DNA of 64,000 nt from an uncultured Planctomycetota bacterium (GTDB lineage: Bacteria > Planctomycetota > Planctomycetia > Pirellulales > Lacipirellulaceae): contig CAVRBU010000001.1 in the NCBI GenBank assembly GCA_963719315.1, positions 192,001 through 256,000 of the forward strand, given 5' to 3'. The position numbers and the translations under genes are program-made. The notes beneath the pieces were generated by a model that saw only the letters and a program-made list of their open reading frames with translations, was not told where the DNA came from and did no database searches. Positions 1 to 10,139 of this stretch are shown here, in pieces; within the stretch, counting starts at the first letter, position 1; each line of letters begins with the position of its first letter.

Positions 1-2010
1 CTGCAGCACAGCGGTTTCCTTCTTCGTGCTGCCGGTCATCGTAATCGAGTCGGCGCCGGCGCCGCCATAGAACAAGATCGAAGTAACAGCCTTCTTGGCG
101 AATTGGTAAGTCGTGCCGTTGACGCTGAACGTGTGTTGGGTGGCGCCGATCGAGTAGGAAAACGCATCGTCCGCCGATGTACCACCGACAATTACTGCTG
201 AGCCAGATGTGGAAACGAGATTGGTGATACGAAGATCGATGTCGGAATTCGTGCCGGCGACTCGGAGGAAGTATTCGGTGCCGGCGTTAACCCACACATC
301 AGCCCGTTCGCCAAAACCGTACGCGAGCCCGCCCGATACAAGTTGCCGGCTGCTGTTGTACAGGCCGATGTCGACGTAGCCGCCAGCAGCCGAGAACAAG
401 GCTTCGGCCGTGAGGTAGCCCGACTGGCTGGTCTGCATTCGATACCAGGTATCGCCCGCGTTGGCCACATTATTTGTTTGTCGTTGCGTGACCGTGCCCC
501 AATCGATGTATGTGAAAGGGGTGACGGCATTGATCGCGAGATCGTAACGGCCGATGCCGCTGCTCGTCGAAAGACCGATCGAGTACGTTTGCCCGGTGAC
601 GACGTTGAACGTATAAGTCTCGCCGTTCGCGCCGCTCACCGCGCCACCGGTGGCGTTCCACACGGCTGCCAATTGATCGTAGGTGGTGACCGTGAACGAC
701 ACGGTGCCACTGTTGGCGGCGGTGAATCGGAAATAATCGGAGTCGCTCGTTTGGCCGATAAAACCGTGAATCTGACTCGTGCCATCGAGTTGGCCAAGGT
801 TTTCGGCTGTCGCCACCGACGATCCGAAGTCGTCGGTCATCAACGAGTCGATCGCATTCGCTAGATTGATTCGGCTGTAGTTCTGGTCGGTCGCCGCGTC
901 GTAGATCGAGGTGGCGGTTGCCATCATCTGGTTGTAGATCGTATCCTGTGCGATGTTTGTGTAACCTACGAATTGCATGGCCTCGCGTATCAGCACGCTT
1001 GCGCCGGCGATGTACGGAGCGGCCATGCTGGTGCCGGACATGGTCGCATAGTCGTCGGCGATACCGTTGTGATTGCCGGCGTAATCGGGGACCGAACTCG
1101 AAATGTTTCGTCCCGGCGCTGCGATCGCCCGCGATTGCCGTTGGCTGAAGTAGCTGAGCGCGCCGTTGTCGTCGATCGACATAACGGGCACAACATATGG
1201 GCTCGCGGCGGGATAACTCAGACCGGGCGAATTGTACGATGTGAAGCTGTTGCCGGCCGAGACAGCCACGAATATTCCGTCCGCATGAAGTTGTGCGAAC
1301 TCGTCTTCCAGCGTCGTCCAGTTGGGCACGGTCGTGCTATTCCATGACGTGCCAAGCGACAAGTTCACGGTGGTGATCGGATTCTCGAAGGAATTGCGAT
1401 TCTGGTGCACCCATTGGAGGGCGCTCTCGACCCAACTGAAGTAGCCCTGCCCGGCGTCGTTGAAGACGCGTAATCCAACGAAATCGACGCCCGGTGCGAC
1501 ACCGTCGTCGACCGTGCCAGGACGGTCGCCGCCCACAATGCCGGAGACATGTGTGCCATGCGAGCCATAAAGGCCGTCGTCGTACGGATCGGCATCACTT
1601 TCCGCGAAATCCCAACCTCCGACCACACGATAGCTCGTGCCCAATCCGCCACCGAGTGCAACATGGTCCCAAGCGATACCGCTGTCGATGATTGCGACGG
1701 TCTGGCCGGTGCCGATGAATCCGTAGTTGCTGCGGACCTGCGACAGGCCGGTGAGCGCGTCGGCGTTAGCGACCATCTGGTCGAGATCGCCGCCAATAGC
1801 ACCAAGACCGCGTTCGATTGTCGGATCGATCCAGAAATCGGGCTCGCTCAATTCGTGCTGAACCAGGGCGGGTGTTTCGACGAAGTCGTGCGGTTGAACC
1901 GAGCCACCCAACAATGGCGCAACGGGATCGGCCGACATCATGCGGCGATCTTCCAGGCACTCGATCGTGCGAGTACGCGTTTTGATTTTGCGTGCATTCC
2001 TTGCAGACAT
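1..2010 (-). CDS. Secreted S8 (subtilisin-like) serine peptidase with planctomycete extracellular N-terminal motif; 3' end runs off the window
   Basis: Absent from the ORF track (no stop inside the window). Manual translation from ATG 2010 gives MSARNARKIKTRTRTIECLEDRRMMSADP. Triad motifs VAIIDSG, SHGTHVSG and SGTSMAAP are present, and the Ser motif and the window-end codons share the frame of ATG 2010. Confidence 0.9.
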   Translation of the reverse strand, partial: MSARNARKIKTRTRTIECLEDRRMMSADPVAPLLGGSVQPHDFVETPALVQHELSEPDFWIDPTIERGLGAIGGDLDQMVANADALTGLSQVRSNYGFIGTGQTVAIIDSGIAWDHVALGGGLGTSYRVVGGWDFAESDADPYDDGLYGSHGTHVSGIVGGDRPGTVDDGVAPGVDFVGLRVFNDAGQGYFSWVESALQWVHQNRNSFENPITTVNLSLGTSWNSTTVPNWTTLEDEFAQLHADGIFVAVSAGNSFTSYNSPGLSYPAASPYVVPVMSIDDNGALSYFSQRQSRAIAAPGRNISSSVPDYAGNHNGIADDYATMSGTSMAAPYIAGASVLIREAMQFVGYTNIAQDTIYNQMMATATSIYDAATDQNYSRINLANAIDSLMTDDFGSSVATAENLGQLDGTSQIHGFIGQTSDSDYFRFTAANSGTVSFTVTTYDQLAAVWNATGGAVSGANGETYTFNVVTGQTYSIGLSTSSGIGRYDLAINAVTPFTYIDWGTVTQRQTNNVANAGDTWYRMQTSQSGYLTAEALFSAAGGYVDIGLYNSSRQLVSGGLAYGFGERADVWVNAGTEYFLRVAGTNSDIDLRITNLVSTSGSAVIVGGTSADDAFSYSIGATQHTFSVNGTTYQFAKKAVTSILFYGGAGADSITMTGSTKKETAVLQ

Positions 2011-2374
2011 GCGACGCGTGCCTCATTGCCGCGCGGGACTTGCCGTTCGGGAAGGCTGGCGCACGCGACGTACTGGATGAGAAAATGGACTCGACCGATG
2101 AGGAGGCCGGTCTGCCCGAGACAAGATACGTGAGTTGCCGAACGGCTCTTGGCGCTCGACAAATAAAGCCTAGGTCACTGTGAGCGCAATCGTGCAACAT
2201 TGGACAAAGTGTCTGGAGGAGCATTTTGGCGGGTGTTGAGATTCGACAACGCGGGGCTAAGCGAGTTGTTATATGGCAACATGGAATCGGAGGCTGTTGC
2301 ATGGCTACGGCATGCCGACCCGGCACCGCACAAAACCGTGTGCCGTATGCCCGATGCCTGCTACACTGGGGAGC

Positions 2375-3706
2375 ATGAGGCTGCTTATCAAAAACGCGAG
2401 AGTCGTTTTGCCAGGTGGAATAGAGTCCGTCTCGGTCATCATTGAAGATACGCGCATCGCCGAGATTGGTCCGGCCGTGCAGGTGCAGGTGGATGATGTC
2501 GTCGACGCGGCAGGCCTTCATCTTTTGCCGGGCGTCATCGACGACCAGGTTCATTTCCGCGAGCCGGGTCTCACGCACAAAGAGGATCTGGCCACGGCTA
2601 GCCGGGCGTGTGCCAAGGGGGGCATCACCACGTTTTTGGAGATGCCGAACACCGTGCCGGCGGCGACGACGCAGGCCCGGTTGGAAGAAAAACTCGCGCT
2701 GGCAGCACAGAAATCGCTCGTCAATTTTGGGTTCTATATCGGCGCCACGGCCGACAACCTCGCGGAACTTAAGCAAGCCCATCGCACGCCTGGCATCAAG
2801 ATTTTTATTGGCTCAAGTACCGGGGACTTGCTGGTTGATGAGCAGGAGGCGTTGGAGCGGATATTCGCCGAGACGACGCTGCCCATCACCGCCCATTGTG
2901 AAGACGAATCCACCGTACTAGCGAATGCGGCAAAGTTTGCTGGCACGCACGACGTGGCCGACCACTCGCGAATCCGCGATCACCGAGCGGCCTTGATCGC
3001 CACGCGGCGGGCGATGGATTTGGCGTTCCGTCACCGACATCGATTTCACGTGCTGCATGTTTCGACGGGCGCCGAGACGGGACTGCTTGCCGATCGTCAC
3101 GGGCTCATCACGGGCGAAGTCTGTCCGCATCATTTATTGTTTAGTGTTGAGGACTACGCGCGTCTGGGGACGCTCGTGCAGATGAACCCGTCGCTGAAAA
3201 CTAGAGAGGACAATAATCAACTGTGGCAAGCGCTCGCCGACGGTCGACTGCAAGTCATCGCTACCGACCATGCCCCGCACACGTTGGAAGAAAAGCAGCG
3301 GCCCTACCCTGCTTCGCCCTCGGGGGTGCCGGCCGTCGAAAATTCGTTGGCGCTCATGTTGAATGAAGTTCACCGCGGTCGCTGTAAGTTGGAACAAGTC
3401 GTGCGTTGGATGTGCGATGCGCCGGCCCGCGTGTGGGACATCGTCGGCAAAGGCCGGATAGAAGTTGGGTATGATGCCGATCTCGTGCTCGTCGATTTGG
3501 AGCGATCGCACGAAATTCGCAATGAAGAGCAGGTCGCAAAGTGTGGCTGGAGCCCCTGGCACGGCGAACGTCTTACGGGCTGGCCAGTAAGGACTTGGGT
3601 AATGGGGCACGAAGTATACAATGGCGGCCAATTCAACGCGGATCACCGCGGCCAGGAAGCCCGCTTCGACCACGCCCGCGGCGGCTATTGGGCGACAACC
3701 CCGTAG
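2375..3706 (+). CDS. pyrC: Dihydroorotase (amidohydrolase superfamily)
   Basis: Motifs [33 protein letters not shown] and GYDADLV; start moved to ATG 2375 (MRLLIKNA). Confidence 0.85.
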   Translation: MRLLIKNARVVLPGGIESVSVIIEDTRIAEIGPAVQVQVDDVVDAAGLHLLPGVIDDQVHFREPGLTHKEDLATASRACAKGGITTFLEMPNTVPAATTQARLEEKLALAAQKSLVNFGFYIGATADNLAELKQAHRTPGIKIFIGSSTGDLLVDEQEALERIFAETTLPITAHCEDESTVLANAAKFAGTHDVADHSRIRDHRAALIATRRAMDLAFRHRHRFHVLHVSTGAETGLLADRHGLITGEVCPHHLLFSVEDYARLGTLVQMNPSLKTREDNNQLWQALADGRLQVIATDHAPHTLEEKQRPYPASPSGVPAVENSLALMLNEVHRGRCKLEQVVRWMCDAPARVWDIVGKGRIEVGYDADLVLVDLERSHEIRNEEQVAKCGWSPWHGERLTGWPVRTWVMGHEVYNGGQFNADHRGQEARFDHARGGYWATTP

Positions 3707-3769
3707 CTAAAGTCGCACGGCTTCAGCCGACGACCCATCATAGTCGGAATTCTTGCGAATTCCGCTACG
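3702..3769. repeat. Inverted pair of GTAG-type REP-like palindromes
   Basis: CGTAGCTAAAGTCGCACGGCTTCAG on + and CGTAGCGGAATTCGCAAGAATTCCG on -; a related pair lies at 44599-44664. Confidence 0.7.
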
Positions 3770-3775
3770 GATGCC

Positions 3776-4351
3776 ATGCTTCATCTTCAATGTGAAACAC
3801 CGGCTCGCTGGCTTGAGCAAGTGGATGCCGACTTGCCGGCGATCCTCATCGATCACGCGCACTGCGAAAAAAAGGCCGCCGGCACAGCGCTGAATCTCAT
3901 CTTCGCCTACGTGGAAAACATCGAGTTATGCCGGGCAATGACGGAGATCGTGAACGAAGAGCTGGAGCACTTTCACATGGTGCTCGACCTGCTGGCGAAG
4001 CGCGGCATTCGTTTCCGGCGGTTGACGCCATCCACTTACGGGCGCGAATTGAACGATCTGGTGCGGAAGCAGGAGCCGCAACGAGCAGTTGATCGATTGT
4101 TGGTGGCTGGGTTGATCGAAGCCCGATCCTGCGAGCGATTTCATGTGCTGTCGGAGCATGTGCAGGATGCGGAGCTGGCGGAGTTCTATCATTCGCTATT
4201 CGAGTCCGAGGCCCGACATCACACGACATACACTCGGTTGGCGAAAGACTTCGCGCCGGAAGAAGTGGTCATGGCCAGACTGGACGAGCTCGCTGCTGCC
4301 GAAGCGGCGATCGTCGTTCGTGGCGATGAGTTGCCGCGGATGCATAGTTAG
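3776..4351 (+). CDS. miaE: tRNA-(ms2io6A) hydroxylase MiaE (di-iron)
   Basis: DHAHCEKKAA, EELEHF, LIEARSCERF, ESEARH. Confidence 0.92.
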   Translation: MLHLQCETPARWLEQVDADLPAILIDHAHCEKKAAGTALNLIFAYVENIELCRAMTEIVNEELEHFHMVLDLLAKRGIRFRRLTPSTYGRELNDLVRKQEPQRAVDRLLVAGLIEARSCERFHVLSEHVQDAELAEFYHSLFESEARHHTTYTRLAKDFAPEEVVMARLDELAAAEAAIVVRGDELPRMHS

Positions 4352-4418
4352 GAGCGAGTTGCAAGGATCGAAGTGCGAGAAACAGTTGGCTTCTTACTCG
4401 CTCCTCGATCCTCGCATC
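4351..4418. repeat. Inverted heptamer tandem-repeat hairpin
   Basis: GGAGCGA-GTTGCAA-GGATCGA-AGTGCGA ... CTCGCTC-CTCGATC-CTCGCAT between convergent genes. Confidence 0.65.
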
Positions 4419-4432
4419 TTATTTTGCTCGAT

Positions 4433-4996
4433 TCACCATCCTGGCCCATTAATATCGATGTCGCCGGTTGGCCAGTTGCCGGTGCTGGGGTAACGCATGG
4501 TGACGGGATCCCAGAAGGGGTTGGCCGTGGGATCGGCGGCTGTTGAATTGAAAAGGCGATTGCTAGTCGCGACGGCGCCCAACTTCTCGTAAAACGGTCG
4601 GACTTCGTTGCGTGTTTGAAATAGTGCAAACGGGTACGTACCATCATCCACGAGCTTGAATGCGGACTCGACGACTGCTTGTCCAAGCTTGCGCCCGCGA
4701 ACAGCCGGGTCGGTGCACACGCGGCATAGCGCGAGGATCGTTAGGTTGCCGGCGGATGTGGAGAGCGTTCTGGGGTCGGCCTGCGCGTGTGCGATCACAC
4801 GGCCGTTCTCGCGTACGAGGAAAGAGCGCGGGAATTGATTCTCCGGGCCGCCGTAATACTTCCACTGGGTTAGAATATCCGCGCTGCGCGACTCGACCGT
4901 CCGGCCGGGCTTGGGCCAAATGGCGATCAAAAGCTCGGCGATAGCCCGGGCGTCGGACTCACGAATTGTTCGATGGTCTAAGGTTTCGATTTGCAT
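4433..4996 (-). CDS. GNAT family N-acetyltransferase
   Basis: VCTDPAVRGRKLG acetyl-CoA motif and FYEKLG. Confidence 0.85.
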   Translation of the reverse strand: MQIETLDHRTIRESDARAIAELLIAIWPKPGRTVESRSADILTQWKYYGGPENQFPRSFLVRENGRVIAHAQADPRTLSTSAGNLTILALCRVCTDPAVRGRKLGQAVVESAFKLVDDGTYPFALFQTRNEVRPFYEKLGAVATSNRLFNSTAADPTANPFWDPVTMRYPSTGNWPTGDIDINGPGW

Positions 4997-5098
4997 TCGA
5001 CCTTCCCAATGATTGAATCGAAGGACTTGCTTGAGTTTTGACTGCAGTTTGCGTATCGTAATGTTTCAATTGCGACCACGATACCCGGAGCTATTTTC

Positions 5099-5893
5099 AT
5101 GGCAAATCAAATTGAATCGAGTGGACTGAAACCGAGCCGTCGCGACTTTACACGGGCAGGCGTAGGCTTGGGTGTCGTCGGGTGGACGGCGCTCGGTGCC
5201 GTCGATCGTCTACTTGGCGCTGAGGCAACCGCGCCCGTTGAGGCGGCTGAGTCACTCATCAAACCGGGCGACACGATTCTGTTCCAGGGCGATTCGATTA
5301 CCGACGCGGGCCGCAAACGTGGGATCGCGGCGGCCAATTCGGCGCCCGCGCTCGGTGCTGGTTATGCCTGGTTCGCGGCAAGCCAGATGTTGGTCGATTC
5401 GCCGAACGCCGATCTGAAGATTTTCAATCGCGGCATCAGCGGGAACAAGGTCTATCAATTGGCCGACCGTTGGCAGGCTGATTGCCTCGATTTGAAGCCC
5501 GATGTGCTGAGTATTCTCATCGGCGTCAACGATTTCGCGCACATGCTCAAGGGGGACTTCAAAGGCACGCTCAAAACTTACGAGAGCGACTACCGGGCGC
5601 TTATCAAACGCACGAAGGACGCATTGCCCGACGTGCGGCTGATCATCTGCGAGCCGTTCGTACTGAAAGCCGGGGCAGTGAACGAAAAGTGGTTTCCCGG
5701 TTACGACGGATATCGCGCGGCCGCTCTCCGGATTGCGGACGAAGTGCAGGCACGGTTCGTGCCATTTCAAACAATGTTTGACATTGCCTCAAAGGTGGCG
5801 CCGCCCGCGACCTGGTCGGCCGACGGCGTGCACCCGACTGTCAGCGGCGCCGCTCTGATGGCTCACTGGTGGATGAAAACGGCTGGGGCGTGA
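5099..5893 (+). CDS. SGNH/GDSL hydrolase with Tat signal peptide
   Basis: SRRDF twin-arginine motif, FQGDSITD, NRGISG, GVND, DGVHP. Confidence 0.92.
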   Translation: MANQIESSGLKPSRRDFTRAGVGLGVVGWTALGAVDRLLGAEATAPVEAAESLIKPGDTILFQGDSITDAGRKRGIAAANSAPALGAGYAWFAASQMLVDSPNADLKIFNRGISGNKVYQLADRWQADCLDLKPDVLSILIGVNDFAHMLKGDFKGTLKTYESDYRALIKRTKDALPDVRLIICEPFVLKAGAVNEKWFPGYDGYRAAALRIADEVQARFVPFQTMFDIASKVAPPATWSADGVHPTVSGAALMAHWWMKTAGA

Positions 5894-6665
5894 ATTCGGC
5901 GAGTTTTGTACGACGCTTTTTGGATGGAAAGTACAAAAGTATCGCGATACCACTTGATTTCCAGAGGATGCCACAAGTTTTGACATTGCATGACCGCGTC
6001 GCATTCTAGTAACTCGTTGCGGCGCATAGAGATATTTTTTGTATGCGATTCGTGGGTCCCATGTTTTGCGTACAAAAGTCCCAGGTATTGTACGAGGTCG
6101 CTTCAAGGAAGCCTGCACCGGAGGTTGAATGCTGCGCTACGTCGTGCAAAAGTCGAGGAGTTTCCATTCATTGTTGCACGTTGTTGGGTGCAAGGCGGTC
6201 GCGCGAAATTGGCATCACGATCCAAATGACTTAAAACCAGACATTTGCAGTGCGACTTTTCCCGCGGCTGTTGAGTAGATAAGAGCCGCACAACAATCGT
6301 ACGCCATGCTGCGACTGAACGCCCGCTTCGGCGCACGCCTCCGCGGCGACGACAGGATTGTCGCCAATTCGACGATTAGGTTGTCAAAGAACAGGCCCTG
6401 GCTCGATGTAGTGTGAGGGGGCTTCAGGGCTTTGCCCACCAAGTCTTGGTAGGTCCTTCCTGCGGAATGGACCCGAACGAATTCAAAAGGTTGCAAAGCA
6501 AAGTCAGGTCCCGCTCGGCAAGCGGGACCCACTCGCAGCGAATCACCTTAGCACAGGCGTTGGCACAATTTCTAGAAGCATTTTTTGGAATCGGGATCTA
6601 AGAGAATAGTAGAACCCAATGTTGGTGCGAGGCGTTCCGCGACTGGCGGTCGCGACTTTTATGGG

Positions 6666-7727
6666 TTAGAGTGCTTCCGCGACCAAATCGCCCACTTGGC
6701 TTGTGGTGTAACCCATCTTTCCCGCAGCTTGCGACTTCATTTTCGAGCCGGTCACTTTTTGAATAGCGTCCATCACGCGTGCCGCCGCATAGGGTTCGCC
6801 GAGTTGGTCGAGCAGCATGCTGACGGCGTTGATGGCGGCGATCGGGTTGATTTTGCCGGTGCCGGTGTACTTCGGAGCGCTGCCACCCATCGGTTCGAAC
6901 ATGCTCACGCCTTCCGGGTTGATGTTGCCACCGGCGGCGACGCCCATGCCGCCTTGGATGATGCCGGAGAGGTCGGTGATGATGTCGCCGAACATGTTGG
7001 TCGTGACGATCACGTCGTAGAACTCGGGATTCTTCACGATCCACATGCAGCAGGCGTCGACGTGGTTGTAGTCGGTCTCGACATCGGGGTATTCGGTGGC
7101 CACTTCTTGGAATGTGCGCCACCACAGGTCGTGGCTCAGAATCACGTTCGTCTTGGCGACGAGCGTGAGCTTCTTGCCCTTCGGATTGTTTCGCTTGCGG
7201 GTCAGTTCGAAGGCGTAGCGGACGCAGCGCTCACAGCCGCGGCGGGTGTAGAGAGCCGTCTGCGTGGCGACCTCGTGCGGCGTGCCCTTGTGCATGAAGC
7301 CCTGAACGCCGCAGTAGAGGTCCTCGGTATTCTCGCGGACGACGATGAAGTCGATGTCTGCCGGCCCTTTGTCCTTCAGTGGAGATTCGACACCGGGGAA
7401 TAGTTTGACCGGACGCAGATTGATGTACTGATCTAGTCCGAATCGCAAATCGAGTAGCAGCTTGCGCTCGAGAATGCCGGGGGCGACATCGGGGTGGCCG
7501 ACGGCGCCAAGCAGGATGGCGTCGAACTTGCGGAGTTGGTCGAGGTTGTCGGCCGGCAGAACTTCGCCGGTTTTGAGATAACGGTTGCCGCCCCAGTCGA
7601 GATGCGTCAATTCGAATTGAATCATTTCCAGTTTCGCGACCGCTTGCAGGACTTTGACGCCCTCGGCGGCGACTTCAGGTCCGGTGCCATCGCCGCCGAT
7701 AACGGCGATTTTGCGCGTATTGCTCAT
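6666..7727 (-). CDS. leuB: 3-isopropylmalate dehydrogenase
   Basis: GDGTGPEV, NLRP, VRENTE, NMFGDIITD, FEPMGGSAP. Confidence 0.85.
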   Translation of the reverse strand: MSNTRKIAVIGGDGTGPEVAAEGVKVLQAVAKLEMIQFELTHLDWGGNRYLKTGEVLPADNLDQLRKFDAILLGAVGHPDVAPGILERKLLLDLRFGLDQYINLRPVKLFPGVESPLKDKGPADIDFIVVRENTEDLYCGVQGFMHKGTPHEVATQTALYTRRGCERCVRYAFELTRKRNNPKGKKLTLVAKTNVILSHDLWWRTFQEVATEYPDVETDYNHVDACCMWIVKNPEFYDVIVTTNMFGDIITDLSGIIQGGMGVAAGGNINPEGVSMFEPMGGSAPKYTGTGKINPIAAINAVSMLLDQLGEPYAAARVMDAIQKVTGSKMKSQAAGKMGYTTSQVGDLVAEAL

Positions 7728-7767
7728 GACGAATCTACATCCTCTCGGAGTTGCGTAATCTATTATT

Positions 7768-7829
7768 CACCACGAGGCACGGAGGACACGCAGAGGTATT
7801 AGGCTTCGTGTTCATTGTGTCTTTGTGGC
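7768..7829. repeat. Inverted ~9-nt periodic repeat hairpin (CAC type)
   Basis: CACCACGAGGCACGGAGGACACGCAGAG ... CTTCGTGTTCATTGTGTCTTTGTGGC. Confidence 0.7.
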
Positions 7830-7900
7830 TACGTTTCGGAATATCAGGAGTCGAACACCCGATTTTAGCAGACGAGTACGGGCAGATGTAGGGTCTGCTC

Positions 7901-7957
7901 ACGTGGTTGCGTCGCTCCGAGACACGGGTTGCGAGTTTCGGAGAAACTCGCCTACGT
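7901..7957. repeat. Inverted pair of GTRG REP-like palindromes
   Basis: ACGTGGTTGCGTCGCTCCGAGACACG on + and ACGTAGGCGAGTTTCTCCGAAACTCGC on -; the GTAG supplies the stop codon of the adjacent gene. Confidence 0.6.
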
Positions 7958-9141
7958 GGGAACGCGGCGAGCAAGAATAGCGGTGGGTCGGCCAGCGACT
8001 TGGACGATGAGGAGCGTGGCGGCGTTTAGACCGCGAAGTTCTAGGTCGCGGCGGAGTTTTTCGGGGTCGATCTCGACACCGCGTTTTTTGATTTCAAGCT
8101 TGCCGATATTATGTGAGCGCAAGTGATCTGCCAATGTGCGGACGCGGAGGGGGAGCACGTCATCGATCTCGAAACAAGCGAGGGCTGCGTCGTCGATTGC
8201 TTGCGGGCCTGTAAGGTAGGTTGGGCCGGCGCCCAGGGCTGCGAGGTTGTGCTCGGTGGCGAGCGTGCCGGTCAGGCGCGCGGCTGAAATGGCAGGGTCG
8301 ATATCGTAGACGAAGCGGTCAGGACGTTGGACGAGCGGGATGGGTTGGTTTGCTTTGCCAATGATGGTGCGGGGCGCTGAGCCGCGAGCGGCAGGGGAGG
8401 ACAGCAATATCGTTGCCCGGTGTTGGTTGGGTGCTTTGGCCAGGTTTCCGTGCCAGGCGACGAGTTGTTTGCATTCGTGGTCGCGGCTGATCCATTCGAA
8501 CTCACATCGTTTGAGCCACGAACCGGGCGGCTTGGTTGCAGGGGCGAGTTTGATGGCTGCGTGTGGCACACGAGCCAGTAGTTGTTCGATCGCTTGGAGA
8601 TTTGGTTCGCACCATTCGAGCGAAGTGGTACGGCGACCGGTTGGTCGACGGTCGGGGTCGATGTGCCAGGCATCGACGCCGTCGAAGCTGAAATCGGTGA
8701 CGTCGAGGGTGGTGACCGGAACGCCGGAATTTATTGCTGCGAAGTGGGCGGCGACACGATTGCGGTCGATGCCGAAGGTTGTTCCGCATAGTGCGAGCGC
8801 CATTAAGTCGCCGCCGATGCCGCAGCAGAGGTCGGCGAGGCCCATGGTGGACAGGGATGCAAAACGGACGGCTTTGTAGGCGCAACCCATTCGTCGGTGG
8901 CTTGTTCGAGGCCGAGGCGGGTGAAAAACATTCGTTCGGGCTGGGTAAACTTTGCGGCCGCGCGGTGACGTAGTTCGACCTGTTCGAGCAGGAGGTGGGT
9001 TTGTGCGGGCGAAAGGGCCGCGCGAAGGCGGGCGACGGACGTGTGGAGCGGGCCGGTTTCTTCGGCAAGCTCGGCGAGAAGCGCGCCAGTCGCGTCGCCC
9101 GTTAACCACTCGATATCGGCAAGCTCGCTGCAAAGAGTCAT
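7952..9141 (-). CDS. Class I SAM-dependent methyltransferase with THUMP-like C-terminus (frameshift near 8880)
   Basis: The N-terminal part (..GLEQATDEWVA, ORF 8803-9213) joins YKAVRF..ADLCCGIGGD..IDPDRR..IKLAP..EIKKRG (ORF 7952-9133). Confidence 0.8.
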
Positions 9142-9269
9142 TTTAGCGTGTGGGCAATGCGGTGGTCGTTGGATCGCCGAAAACGGTGATGGAGGAATCT
9201 GTGAAACAGGCATCAGTGCCTGGCGCGATTAACAAGGAGCGGGTCAGGGTAAACCCTGACGTACATGAC

Positions 9270-10103
9270 ATGGCATCTCGACCACTGATCATAGCAACTC
9301 TGGTTGGTGCGTCGGTAGGCGTGCCTTACTACGCCTCGCATTCGCAGCACTGGCAGAATGCGACGGGCAGCACGGGGATCAAGCCGGCAGCATCACCCGC
9401 GGCCCCGCTTGCGTTATCGCCAACGCCTGGCACCGTGACATTTGCGAACACTGCGATGCGGCTCGACGGCGCCCAGTTTACATCCTTCACGCAGGTACTG
9501 CGGTTCGACGTGACAAAGGAGTGGGTCTATCAGAATTGGTCGCGCAAGACGACGGGTCCGACGGATGTCGGCTTATTTAGCATCCGTGTGCCGTTAGTAA
9601 TGGGAACGCAAATGACGGCTCTGGCCGGTTCGCTGACCTACTTTTTCAACGCCCAGGGGCAGGTGGAGCACATTTCGTTTCATGGGCGCACGGGCGATGC
9701 TACGCAGCTCGTTCAATGGCTAGCTCGTTACTATCAATTTCAGCCCGTGCAAGCCGCGACGGGCGAGCAGGTGTTTCAGGTACGGAGCGGCGATGGCGTG
9801 CAAAGTGAGCTGCGGACGCAGCCGGAGCCGGTGATGAAGTCCAGCGCACCGCAGCAGAGCATTGCCGTGGAATTGGAATTTGCGCGGCCAGGGTCGCAAC
9901 GATTGCTGCCGCCGCGGGGACCGGTCCTCCAGATTCCACAGATTGCGTCGCCAGCGGTGGAGGCGACACCGCCCACCTCCGGTTCCACGACGGAAGGCAT
10001 GAGCGCAGCGGTGAAATCGGCGGCCAGTAATTATTGGGAGCAGGTCCGATACGCAACGCCCGATGAGGAAGGCCAGGCCTTTTTGAGGCGCTGGCCCGAT
10101 TGA
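9270..10103 (+). CDS. Planctomycete-type hypothetical protein with N-terminal membrane anchor (DUF6690-like, from recall)
   Basis: Hydrophobic N-terminus LIIATLVGASVGVPYY; core LRFDVTKEWV..RVPLVMGT..LAGSLTYFF..GRTGD. Start uncertain. Confidence 0.65.
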   Translation: MASRPLIIATLVGASVGVPYYASHSQHWQNATGSTGIKPAASPAAPLALSPTPGTVTFANTAMRLDGAQFTSFTQVLRFDVTKEWVYQNWSRKTTGPTDVGLFSIRVPLVMGTQMTALAGSLTYFFNAQGQVEHISFHGRTGDATQLVQWLARYYQFQPVQAATGEQVFQVRSGDGVQSELRTQPEPVMKSSAPQQSIAVELEFARPGSQRLLPPRGPVLQIPQIASPAVEATPPTSGSTTEGMSAAVKSAASNYWEQVRYATPDEEGQAFLRRWPD

Positions 10104-10139
10104 AGTTTCGCCGTCAGATCGTTCGGCTATATTGGGCGT

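Noticed and set aside
6395..6460. GCAAAGC...AGC-CAGGGC on the minus strand resembling the second stem of a c-di-GMP-I riboswitch
   Set aside because: There is no GNRA-capped first stem or receptor motif and no downstream gene on that strand.
6560..6577. TTGGCACAATTTCTAG as a sigma-54 promoter
   Set aside because: The -12 GC is missing and it points into the 3' end of leuB.
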